DNA from: a virus
Direction: 5' to 3' (one strand)
Length of the DNA stretch: 64,000 nt
IMG/VR virus record: IMGVR_UViG_3300031787_000064
Span: 1-64,000 of that record
The notes beneath the pieces were generated by a model. The model had not been told where the DNA came from and ran no database searches. It saw only the letters and a list, made by a program, of their open reading frames with translations. This document shows positions 56,455 through 64,000 of this stretch, one piece after another. Every line of letters starts with the position of its first letter. Position 1 is the first letter of the stretch. Position numbers and translations under genes: made by a program.

Positions 56455-57068
56455 AACACTGCGTATAACGTATTTTGTTTTTCTTGTCTCTCGATTGTTT
56501 TAGGATGAATCAGGCAATAGAATTCCTCAGGTGGCATCATAGCATACGTATTATGCCCTGTCAAAACCTCATGAACCTTGTTGACCCAATTGATCTTAGG
56601 TGAGTTCTGTAAGATCCTTGTTTGATAGTCTGGAAAGTTTACCCAACCTTTATCGTCAACTCTCCATCTCCAGATATCAATATGTTTTTGAGCCAGTCCT
56701 TCTACTGTGTTAATCCTAGGTAATAAAAATAAATCAATTGTTGGATTATCTTGCAGAATTTCTGGCAAGTGTTGTATAAATTCTTCTTTTAAGTATTCAT
56801 CAGCGTCTATTTGAAAGATCCACTCTCCAGAACAATTTGCTTTAAGGTTATTCTTGAAAGCGCCGAAGTTGCCTTTAAGTGCAAACTCTACTAATCTAAT
56901 TTGATTCTTATATTTATCAACCACTTGATAAACTTCTCCAGTAGTGTTACCAAGATCTGCTTGAACCACAATTTCATCTTCAGGTCTTTTATTCTTAATT
57001 AGTAGATCTAACAGTCTATCTAATTCTTTATGTTCATTACAAACTGGTATGGCGTAACTGATTCTCAT
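56451..57068 (-). CDS. glycosyltransferase GT2
   Basis: ISYAIPVCNE, WIFQIDADE, PDYQTR, KVHE. Confidence 0.85.
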   Translation of the reverse strand: MRISYAIPVCNEHKELDRLLDLLIKNKRPEDEIVVQADLGNTTGEVYQVVDKYKNQIRLVEFALKGNFGAFKNNLKANCSGEWIFQIDADEYLKEEFIQHLPEILQDNPTIDLFLLPRINTVEGLAQKHIDIWRWRVDDKGWVNFPDYQTRILQNSPKINWVNKVHEVLTGHNTYAMMPPEEFYCLIHPKTIERQEKQNTLYAVL

Positions 57069-57520
57069 TATTGTTGTATATCAAATAAACCAATATAGTC
57101 ACAGGCTTCAAAGTATCCGTCTTGTCCAAAGTTTTGTAGCGTTTTAGAATCTGACTTGTGTGTCTTTCCTTTAAACCTTGGATTATCTTTCTCTTCTTCT
57201 GTTAAAGGTACAGACTTAATACCACTCCACTGCCATTCATCTTTTGAAGGACCGTTTGCAAAAACTGTTCCTAGTCCATCAACATTAACAACATTAGGGT
57301 ACCACACGCGGCCTTCTTCATCTACATGCTTAATATCTTTGAAGAGTTCAGGCATCTCGGCTTCGTATGTTTCAACATCGTATTCACCCTCTCTGATAAG
57401 GTCAGATGTATTATATCCACAGCTCAAACAAGAATATGCACTATGAAACTCGTTAATAGGAGTTTTATAACAAGCTAATGATTCTTTACATTTAGGGCAA
57501 GTAATTAAATTATCAGTCAT
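57068..57520 (-). CDS. zinc-ribbon hypothetical protein
   Basis: CPKC...CLSCG. Confidence 0.65.
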   Translation of the reverse strand: MTDNLITCPKCKESLACYKTPINEFHSAYSCLSCGYNTSDLIREGEYDVETYEAEMPELFKDIKHVDEEGRVWYPNVVNVDGLGTVFANGPSKDEWQWSGIKSVPLTEEEKDNPRFKGKTHKSDSKTLQNFGQDGYFEACDYIGLFDIQQ

Positions 57521-57755
57521 TTAATTGTTGTTTTTTCTTTTGACTATTAGTATAGTTGATTGTAGTTCCTTCAGGATATGAATATGTAGTTGACGTGTTT
57601 ATAAATCCTGTTCCACCTATTCCGATTGAAATTCCACCATCATTAACTTTTGATAACTCTTCCTGTATTTCATCCCATTGTGCAGGTGTAACATTGTATG
57701 GATTAGCAGCTTTAGAGAATCCTTTTAACCATATAACAAATTCTTTCGACGTCAT
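57513..57755 (-). CDS. small conserved phage protein
   Basis: MTSKEFVIWLKGF...QWDEIQEEL. Confidence 0.65.
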   Translation of the reverse strand: MTSKEFVIWLKGFSKAANPYNVTPAQWDEIQEELSKVNDGGISIGIGGTGFINTSTTYSYPEGTTINYTNSQKKKQQLND

Positions 57756-59062
57756 ATTTTATTTAATTTAGGAAGTTCTATTTTCTTTAACTTAGGTAGT
57801 TGTAATTGAGGTTGAGTTGACTTAGGAACTTTGTCAAAATAAGTTTTAATCAGCTCTTTCATTTTATCAAAGCTAAATTCTTCTCTTGACTTCTTAGCTT
57901 GCCTCTTTGCCAACTCTTGATACTTGTTATACTTCTCATAAACGTCTTTAAGATAATGTTTAGCTTGAGATATATCAGGGCTGAACCATTGTGCATCTGG
58001 AAGAATAATTCCTGGAACATGTGTTGATGGATGCGTTGGTTTTAATTCTCCTCCTATTTGACAAGTAAACTCACGATCTAAAAAGTCTGTTTGTCCTGAC
58101 CAGCCAGAAACAATAATAGGCTTTTTAGCCAAAGAGAATTCAAGAAGAGGTCTACCGAACCCTTCACCTTTAGTTAGATTGAACATCGCTTTAACTTTAC
58201 CGTGATTATAAAGGTAGTTAATGTCTTTGTCGTCTAATTCTCCATGAAGTAGATATACATTAGGAAGTTTTCCTTTAACTGATTCTCTGATAGCATCTAT
58301 CTTTTTTAGTAGCGCATCTCGATCCATAATACTAGAACCAGCGCCAGATACTTTCATAATCAAAGCAGGTTTATTCTTTTTATCTTTGAATGTCTCTAAG
58401 AATGTTTTAAGCATTAGGCTTACATTCTTTCTGTCTTCGCCAATTTCACCTTGAAGCCAGTGACCAACAAATAAAAAGCAAAAGTCTTCTTCAATTTGAT
58501 CTAACTCTTGAACTAATTCTGTTTCTTCAATATCATTATCTTCTAAAAAGAAGTATTTGTTTAGATCAACTCCTTCAAATAGAACATCAACAGGTTTTTG
58601 TAGTTTAATATCTTGAATAAGTTGATTAGTGTTTTTGTCTCTCTTCTGATATGCGGTTTGCTCAAATACAGTTTTAGCGTGTTTAGAAGACACTAGGGTA
58701 ACATTCATTCTATTTATTCCTTCTATCCACGCAGGATCGCAAGCAGTAGTTTCTATACCAGCAGTTATACCAATATTATAAACTCCTATTGGTTGAAATT
58801 CATTTGGTACAGTTATTTGAATCCACACATCTGGCTTTTTTGGAAGTTCTGGTGTGTGATGAATCATAGGAAGTATCCAACCCCACTCTTCCATATTATC
58901 TTGAATATAACCCCAAGGAGTAGCTCCCCATCTTTGACTTAAGATTTTAAAGTCATATTCACTTTTCTTAGTTTGATATAAAGCTCTAAAGAAATCTCTA
59001 GCTCTAGCACCGTAACCGGAGTAAGTATCAATAGGACATGATACAATACACAACTGTTTCAT
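57752..59062 (-). CDS. glycosyltransferase GT4 (GT-B)
   Basis: SGYG, FLFVGHW, RKN, GEGFGRPLLE. Confidence 0.85.
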   Translation of the reverse strand: MKQLCIVSCPIDTYSGYGARARDFFRALYQTKKSEYDFKILSQRWGATPWGYIQDNMEEWGWILPMIHHTPELPKKPDVWIQITVPNEFQPIGVYNIGITAGIETTACDPAWIEGINRMNVTLVSSKHAKTVFEQTAYQKRDKNTNQLIQDIKLQKPVDVLFEGVDLNKYFFLEDNDIEETELVQELDQIEEDFCFLFVGHWLQGEIGEDRKNVSLMLKTFLETFKDKKNKPALIMKVSGAGSSIMDRDALLKKIDAIRESVKGKLPNVYLLHGELDDKDINYLYNHGKVKAMFNLTKGEGFGRPLLEFSLAKKPIIVSGWSGQTDFLDREFTCQIGGELKPTHPSTHVPGIILPDAQWFSPDISQAKHYLKDVYEKYNKYQELAKRQAKKSREEFSFDKMKELIKTYFDKVPKSTQPQLQLPKLKKIELPKLNKI

Positions 59063-59063
59063 A

Positions 59064-60506
59064 TTAGTATATTAATTTGTGTGTAATTTTATTTTTAGGT
59101 AACTTTTCTATTTTAAGTAGTTCAAACTTCTTTCTAGGTTTAAACTTAACAAATGTTTCATCTACTGATTCAATGATATTGTCGCACATGTGTTTTGCAC
59201 TCATCATAGATTCTTCAGATAGAACCCATTTACGTCCAGCCATACCTCGTCTTTGTCTTTCTTCTATTGGCATATTATAAACCTGTTCTAGCTTTTCTGC
59301 TGCATCAATGAAGCTACAGCGATCATCTATAATATAAGGTGTAGGTATTGAACCAACTATACTTTGATTTGTTGGAAATAAAGGTATTGCCCACTCTCCA
59401 CATTCTTTATATGTACCGTAATGATTAGAACAGAATTTATCATCGAAGTCAATCCACTTACCATTCTCATCAACAAACCTCATTTGATCTTGCATACCAC
59501 CAGTTACATTTGCCATGATCATTTTACCGCACATCATACCTTCAGTTAAGCTAAGACCCCAACCTTCATTGGAAGACATTAACATAACAATGTCGCTTAA
59601 GTTATAGAGTAGATTAACTTCTTCAGCTGGTACACGTGAATCAGAGAAGTATACCTTTTGATATTCTGGGTCGCAAAGGAGTTCTATTACGGCTTCTAAG
59701 TCTGTACCGTTTTCGTCTTGTCTTTGTGTGTGAAGTACAAGCGCACATTTAGAAGCCTTTTCTTTACCTATTCTATCACAAAATACAGAATACGCTGCAA
59801 TAGTGTCTGCTGTACATTTACGTCTAATATTTCTTGAATTGTAGAACACAATAAACTCTGGTTCAAAATCACCAAAAATTTGCTTTCTTTTTGCTTCTAA
59901 CTTGTCATTTTCGGGATTCATGAATTCTGTGATAGGATAGAATATCTTCTCATTAATTCCATGAGGTACATACTTAATGATCTTGTCTTTAGCTTTATCT
60001 CCTAGAACAAGTCTATTAATATTTTGAGTTTGTTTAGAGATTGCCATTAAAGTATCACAAGACTCATAGTATGATTTGTTATATAATGGAGCTGGCATAT
60101 CGTCCCAAATATTCAAATAGATCATTGGAACTTTTTTACGTATCTCATTCTCCATCTGGAATAACCATATCCAGTATCTAGGATCAGTAAAGAACATGAT
60201 AGCGTCTGGCTTTTCTATTTCCATTAATTGCCTAATCAACTCTACCGTACCATATCCAGATATTGGGTACATATAAACACTTGCATCAGGAATATCAGCA
60301 ACACGATTAGTATCTTGAGAAATGTCTAGACGTTTGCCTTGATCTGGGTGATTAATAGCAGCTCCTAAATTAACCCAATTGTATCTGTGTGCTGTACCTA
60401 CAACTATCTCTCTAGCCATGGTAGAGATTCCAGAAGTCATGCGTATGTCATCACATAAGAACAGAATTTTCTTTCTCTGTTCTCTAGGAATGTAACCTTC
60501 TTTCAT
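59064..60506 (-). CDS. glycosyltransferase GT4 (GT-B)
   Basis: VPHGI, RNIRRK, EGWGLSLTEGM, TGGMQDQ. Confidence 0.85.
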   Translation of the reverse strand: MKEGYIPREQRKKILFLCDDIRMTSGISTMAREIVVGTAHRYNWVNLGAAINHPDQGKRLDISQDTNRVADIPDASVYMYPISGYGTVELIRQLMEIEKPDAIMFFTDPRYWIWLFQMENEIRKKVPMIYLNIWDDMPAPLYNKSYYESCDTLMAISKQTQNINRLVLGDKAKDKIIKYVPHGINEKIFYPITEFMNPENDKLEAKRKQIFGDFEPEFIVFYNSRNIRRKCTADTIAAYSVFCDRIGKEKASKCALVLHTQRQDENGTDLEAVIELLCDPEYQKVYFSDSRVPAEEVNLLYNLSDIVMLMSSNEGWGLSLTEGMMCGKMIMANVTGGMQDQMRFVDENGKWIDFDDKFCSNHYGTYKECGEWAIPLFPTNQSIVGSIPTPYIIDDRCSFIDAAEKLEQVYNMPIEERQRRGMAGRKWVLSEESMMSAKHMCDNIIESVDETFVKFKPRKKFELLKIEKLPKNKITHKLIY

Positions 60507-60513
60507 TTAAAAC

Positions 60514-60732
60514 TTATTTTATTGCGTCAATTAAAGTAGATCCTGTGTAGTATGTGTTATACTGTTCGTGAACAGATTGTCTGAAGCCTGAGTCAGTTAG
60601 ATACATGAACATAGCTCTTTCAACTATGTCTTGTAAGCTCATCTTTGTTTTTACTGATGTAACTTTAAAGTCTTCGTATAAAGTCTGTGGGATCTTTACA
60701 GACGTTATGACTCTTTTTGATTTGTTTACCAT
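60514..60732 (-). CDS. ribbon-helix-helix DNA-binding protein
   Basis: ITSVKIPQTLYEDFK....MSLQDIVERAM; two ATATTTAT motifs upstream (60745, 60767). Confidence 0.65.
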   Translation of the reverse strand: MVNKSKRVITSVKIPQTLYEDFKVTSVKTKMSLQDIVERAMFMYLTDSGFRQSVHEQYNTYYTGSTLIDAIK

Positions 60733-60792
60733 ATTCCTTTTCTAATAAATATACTAGAATATACAAATAAATATGTAAATAAAAAAATATTT

Positions 60793-61698
60793 TTAGGCTT
60801 TTTTATCACAAAGTTCTGGCTTGTTAGTATAAGGACAGAACTTACAACTGTTTAAATTCTTAGGGTATAATCTATCTTTGTTGTACTTTGCATCAACTGT
60901 GAAACACTCTCTTATAAACAGAGATAAATCTTTGATAGCATCTTCTACTTTCTTTTTACCATTTGGAGGTACGAACTCTTGTACTCTATAGATTGGATAG
61001 TCTGGATTCTGATATACTTTTCTCTTTACTATAAAGAACTTAACGTCTATCTTTTCCTCAGGCACATTCATTACCTTTGAGTAGAACCTCTTGTACAACA
61101 GTATTTGATTGATTTTAGTCTGGTCTTTCTTTTCGTAGTCTGACCAACCTTTTGTGCTGGTTTTGATATCGTAGATGGTGTAGGACTCTGTGTTTTTTTC
61201 ATAGATAATAAAGTCAATTGATCCATTCATTAATACGTTTGGTATGTCTTCTAGAACAGGCTGAAGGATAGGGATCTCTATACCAACTAATTCAGTGTTA
61301 CGAATAGAAAAGTACTTCTTCCTATTCTTCTTAAGCCAGTCTAGTGTTGATTGACCGTCAGCCAAAAACTCTTTTAACTCTTCTTTAGTAGTAAAGTGTT
61401 CGTTTTTATTTTCTTGTAAGCTTATCCTATAGTTTTCAACAAGCCTGTCTTCTAGCATTTTATTCAGATCTAATTCATCTGCAGCTTTACCAGACTTCTC
61501 ATACATTGTCTGTAAGTAACTCTGAATGGTTTCATGCATGGCAGTTCCATATACTAGGTATATAGAAGGCTTGAAGCTAGACTCTTTCTTAATATACGTT
61601 AAGTACCATTGGTATTGACACTGCTTATATATAGAATACTGAGAGTAGCTTACTGCCTTTTGATAGGCAAAGTTTATGTCTATTTTTGGCTTAGGCAT
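60793..61698 (-). CDS. PD-(D/E)XK nuclease, Cas4/RecB-like
   Basis: SYSQ....C; GTAMHE; GSIDF...IYDIKT; QILLY; CKFCPY.....C. Confidence 0.85.
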   Translation of the reverse strand: MPKPKIDINFAYQKAVSYSQYSIYKQCQYQWYLTYIKKESSFKPSIYLVYGTAMHETIQSYLQTMYEKSGKAADELDLNKMLEDRLVENYRISLQENKNEHFTTKEELKEFLADGQSTLDWLKKNRKKYFSIRNTELVGIEIPILQPVLEDIPNVLMNGSIDFIIYEKNTESYTIYDIKTSTKGWSDYEKKDQTKINQILLYKRFYSKVMNVPEEKIDVKFFIVKRKVYQNPDYPIYRVQEFVPPNGKKKVEDAIKDLSLFIRECFTVDAKYNKDRLYPKNLNSCKFCPYTNKPELCDKKA

Positions 61699-61967
61699 TA
61701 TTTCTTTTTACCTACAATAATCGTTTTGATCTTTTGTAGATATAGAATGTTATCCATTTGTTCTTCAATGGCTGCATCTATCCACTGTTCTAAAGACCAA
61801 TCTTCACGATCTAATGTAGTACCATATTTAGCTTTGCCTACGTTTGACCTACTGATAAACTTATCAACAATAGCATCAACAACAGAGTCAGCTTTAGGAA
61901 CTTCTCTTTTTTGTATAGGAACATTATCATGAATTGTGATAGTTCCCAGATCTCTATTCATTGTCAT
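61698..61967 (-). CDS. conserved phage protein, MazG-like helical fold
   Basis: RSNVGKAKYGTTLDR...W...AIEEQMDNILY. Confidence 0.55.
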   Translation of the reverse strand: MTMNRDLGTITIHDNVPIQKREVPKADSVVDAIVDKFISRSNVGKAKYGTTLDREDWSLEQWIDAAIEEQMDNILYLQKIKTIIVGKKK

Positions 61968-62190
61968 TTTGCTTCAATTCTTTAGGGTAAAAGTCATCGT
62001 TTACATGTCCACATTTAGTACACACAAAAGTAGGAATTGGAAGAACTCCATCTTGTGCTTGACCAGTTAAGAACTTACTAACTTTACGAAGCATTAGTGC
62101 TTCTTGAAATGTTTCGTTACCACACGATTCACATTTGATCCCTACAGTTTTGTCTAGAGATACGTTTACTTTTAATCTTTGATCTTGCAT
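61954..62190 (-). CDS. zinc-ribbon protein
   Basis: CESCG...RKVSKFLTG...CTKCGH. Confidence 0.7.
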   Translation of the reverse strand: MQDQRLKVNVSLDKTVGIKCESCGNETFQEALMLRKVSKFLTGQAQDGVLPIPTFVCTKCGHVNDDFYPKELKQNDNE

Positions 62191-62234
62191 GTTGTTTTAT
62201 TTAAAAATGTTGCTACTGTTCTTTAACTTATTTT

Positions 62235-62504
62235 TTATTTCTTTTTAGTTAATTTATTTTCTAATTTATCGAAGCGTGAATCTGTATAGCTATAGTTCTC
62301 ATCAATTCTACGTTCTACTAAATCTATTGCTTGATCTAGTTTACGTTCTATTGAATCATATTTATCTTGAATTTCTCTCCATAGAGATTGATTTTGTTGT
62401 TCTAGTGACTTGACCTTCTTTAACATTTTAACAATATTGATGATAAGCCAAACCAATATCCCGACTAACACTGTAGCCGAAACACCTAATAAAAATGTAT
62501 TCAT
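62235..62504 (-). CDS. membrane-anchored coiled-coil protein
   Basis: N-terminal TM, then coiled coil ending YTDSRFDKLE. Confidence 0.65.
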   Translation of the reverse strand: MNTFLLGVSATVLVGILVWLIINIVKMLKKVKSLEQQNQSLWREIQDKYDSIERKLDQAIDLVERRIDENYSYTDSRFDKLENKLTKKK

Positions 62505-62542
62505 AATTTATATCTCCTTATATGTCAAAGAACAGTAGCTTG

Positions 62543-62624
62543 TGCCCCAAGAGAGACTCGAACTCTCACATCTTTCGATACTAGATCCTAAGTCTAGCGC
62601 GGCTGCCAATTACGCCATCGGGGC
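62543..62624 (-). tRNA. tRNA-Leu (anticodon TAG)
   Basis: GCCCCGA/TTGGGGC acceptor; CTAGA-CTTAGGA-TCTAG; long variable arm; GTTCGAGTC T-loop. Confidence 0.95.
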
Positions 62625-62625
62625 A

Positions 62626-62684
62626 GGTGTTAGTCTTTTGATCTACCATAGAGATCTACAGGTACTCCGAAGAGCGCTAACACC
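62626..62684 (-). ncRNA. candidate three-way-junction RNA directly 5' of tRNA-Leu
   Basis: P1 GGUGUUAG/CUAACACC; P2 GCUC-UUCG-GAGU; P3 GAUCU-CUAUGGU-AGAUC. Confidence 0.45.
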
Positions 62685-62741
62685 CCTGCTACAGATAATT
62701 TGAATATAACTATTTACGTTAATAAAGAACTATTGATCTTA

Positions 62742-63017
62742 TTAGTGTCCATGAATAAATAAGCTGATCTCGATCCCTAATAAAGATCCTGCAACTCCAC
62801 CCATTGCATAACCAAACCACAAGTGCCAACTATCATCTGACTTGGCGATCTTCTTAATAACAAAGAAGCTAAATGTTGCTAATAGAAAATCTGATGTAGC
62901 AGACCAAAAGTAATTTGCTTGCGCAACTGCCCGATAGTTAACAACCATCATACCATAGTTTAGAGTTTGTATTCCAAACATAATAGCTGCGTCACCAATA
63001 TCTTTCCAGGTTTTCAT
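62742..63017 (-). CDS. small membrane protein
   Basis: Three hydrophobic helices; YAMGGVAGSLLG. Confidence 0.65.
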   Translation of the reverse strand: MKTWKDIGDAAIMFGIQTLNYGMMVVNYRAVAQANYFWSATSDFLLATFSFFVIKKIAKSDDSWHLWFGYAMGGVAGSLLGIEISLFIHGH

Positions 63018-63026
63018 AACTTTGTT

Positions 63027-63485
63027 TTAAATTGATAAAATGTCTTGGTGTCTTTTTATGATGTCTCTAAGTTTTTTAGCATAGCCTCTTGACTCAGAGT
63101 ATTTTCTATCGATAAAGTTTATATATTGTGATCTAGTCATTTTTCTCTTTCTCATCATGAACTCTTGATAGAGTGCATAGTCTTGAACAGAATGCATCCA
63201 TGTTTCATAGACAGCAAATCCACGTTCATTCTTTCTGATGGCAACAGTCTCTCTTACATTAGGCATCATCATACCAAATAAGTTGTTTGCTTCTTTACAG
63301 GTCTGGCTTTTGAAGTGACCTGTTTCAAGAATGGCTTGAGCAAATGCAATCTCTGGGTACATGATGTCCATTGCTTTAATGGTCAACCATAGATTTTCTT
63401 TAGTTAATAGACCAAGATCATTCTTAGCTTTTGTGTGAGGCATAAAGCTCGATAACACCAACAATAAAATGATTAGCTTTTTCAT
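63027..63485 (-). CDS. GH73 glucosaminidase-like peptidoglycan hydrolase with signal peptide
   Basis: AQAILETG, NNLFGM, FAVYETW..SV.DY, YSE...Y; N-terminal MKKLIILLLVLSS...TKA. Confidence 0.8.
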   Translation of the reverse strand: MKKLIILLLVLSSFMPHTKAKNDLGLLTKENLWLTIKAMDIMYPEIAFAQAILETGHFKSQTCKEANNLFGMMMPNVRETVAIRKNERGFAVYETWMHSVQDYALYQEFMMRKRKMTRSQYINFIDRKYSESRGYAKKLRDIIKRHQDILSI

Positions 63486-63500
63486 GTTTATTATTTTTAG

Positions 63501-63571
63501 ATGTCCCTCTAGGATTCGAACCTAGACTAAGTGGACCAAAACCACTTGTGCTACCGTTACACCAAAGGACA
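63501..63571 (-). tRNA. tRNA-Gln (anticodon TTG)
   Basis: TGTCCTT/AGGGACA; AGTGG-TTTTGGT-CCACT; GGTTCGAATCC. Confidence 0.95.
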
Positions 63572-63629
63572 ATGTAAGCCGACTTTCGTCGACCTACGTG
63601 GCGTCAATGCTTATCGCACCGTCTTCAGG

Positions 63630-63701
63630 TACTCGGTACGAGAATCGAACTCGTATCACCACCGTGAAAGGGTGGTGTCCTAACCGTTAGACGAACCGAG
63701 C
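63630..63701 (-). tRNA. tRNA-Glu (anticodon TTC)
   Basis: GCTCGGT/ACCGAGT; CCACC-CTTTCAC-GGTGG; AGTTCGATTCT. Confidence 0.95.
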
Positions 63702-63707
63702 AAGGAG

Positions 63708-63784
63708 TCGGGTTGGCTGGATTCGAACCAGCGAGTTCTCCACATCCCAAATGTGGCGGGGTAACCGGACTCCCCAACAACCCG
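63708..63784 (-). tRNA. tRNA-Pro (anticodon TGG)
   Basis: CGGGTTG/CAACCCG; CCACA-TTTGGGA-TGTGG; GGTTCGAATCC. Confidence 0.95.
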
Positions 63785-63872
63785 TTCTAATAATCAAATT
63801 ACAAAAATCTTTATTAATTTAAATATTAAATTAGCTAGTATTGTAAGTTTATACTATATAGTGTAGCCACTA

Positions 63873-63904
63873 TAAAAAAAATTGGGACAACATAGTTGCC
63901 CCAA
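63873..63904 (-). terminator. intrinsic terminator
   Basis: UUGGGGCAAC-UAU-GUUGUCCCAA followed by U8 on the minus strand. Confidence 0.75.
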
Positions 63905-63930
63905 CTCTTTATAATAATAAACTAAGTAAA

Positions 63931-63999
63931 TTACTCTTCGTTGTTTTCTGCTTCGATTTTTTCTTTTTCAACTTCTGTTTTACGGTTTGTCCATTTGTC
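63931..63999 (-). CDS. 3' end of a gene truncated by the window edge
   Basis: Open frame DKWTNRKTEVEKEKIEAENNEE* ending just before the terminator. Confidence 0.55.
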   Translation of the reverse strand, partial: DKWTNRKTEVEKEKIEAENNEE

Positions 64000-64000
64000 A

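Noticed and set aside
41212-60506. Bacterial O-antigen locus indicating host chromosome or a chimeric assembly
   Set aside because: Phage-type small genes and the same promoter motifs are interleaved, there are no flippase or polymerase genes, and no integrase or junction is visible.
15943-61932. Plus-strand ORFs of 60-125 aa across the minus-strand region (e.g. 20330, 22253, 24634, 34893, 39235, 44235, 61609)
   Set aside because: They overlap stronger minus-strand genes and show the Ser/Leu/Phe-rich composition typical of antisense frames.
63572-63632. Hammerhead or theta/HDV-like ribozyme after tRNA-Glu (CUGAAGA and GAAA are present)
   Set aside because: GAAA does not follow stem II as a hammerhead requires, and I could not build P2/P3/L3 of an HDV-like fold.

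Overview
This window is a 64-kb segment of a large, AT-rich, T4-like (contractile-tail) dsDNA phage that uses the standard genetic code. The host is most likely a Bacteroidota species, judging by TAnnTTTR-type promoter elements and A-rich, SD-less starts (AAAGTT-ATG). Layout: (1) 1-15.8 kb, + strand: a 5'-truncated gp55-like late sigma factor, then a baseplate/tail module (gp5-like, gp25, gp6 and several Ser/Thr/Gly-rich virion proteins) and a GIY-YIG gene. (2) 15.9-41 kb, - strand: about 70 mostly small early/accessory ORFs (DUF932, HTH, T5orf172, Smr, metallophosphoesterase, zincins, SWIM, HNH/GIY-YIG), interspersed with late-promoter (ATATTTAT) genes. This part also holds three copies of a promoter module with triple IHF-like sites, two helically phased repeat arrays bracketing a ~2.8-kb candidate terminal repeat, and one atypical tRNA-like RNA. 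(3) 41.2-60.5 kb: a ~19-kb NDP-sugar/glycosyltransferase cluster (gmd, fcl, rfbH/E1, rfbB, TPP enzyme, DHQS-like cyclase, aldolase, SDRs, about 7 GTs). (4) 60.5-64 kb: an RHH protein, a Cas4/RecB-like nuclease, a GH73 hydrolase and four tRNAs. The most notable signals are a two-hairpin RNA with perfectly complementary 7-nt loops (kissing-loop) filling the 5' leader of an HNH gene, the candidate packaging/terminal-repeat architecture, and a possible branched or carbocyclic sugar pathway. All product calls come from motif recognition by eye, not database searches.
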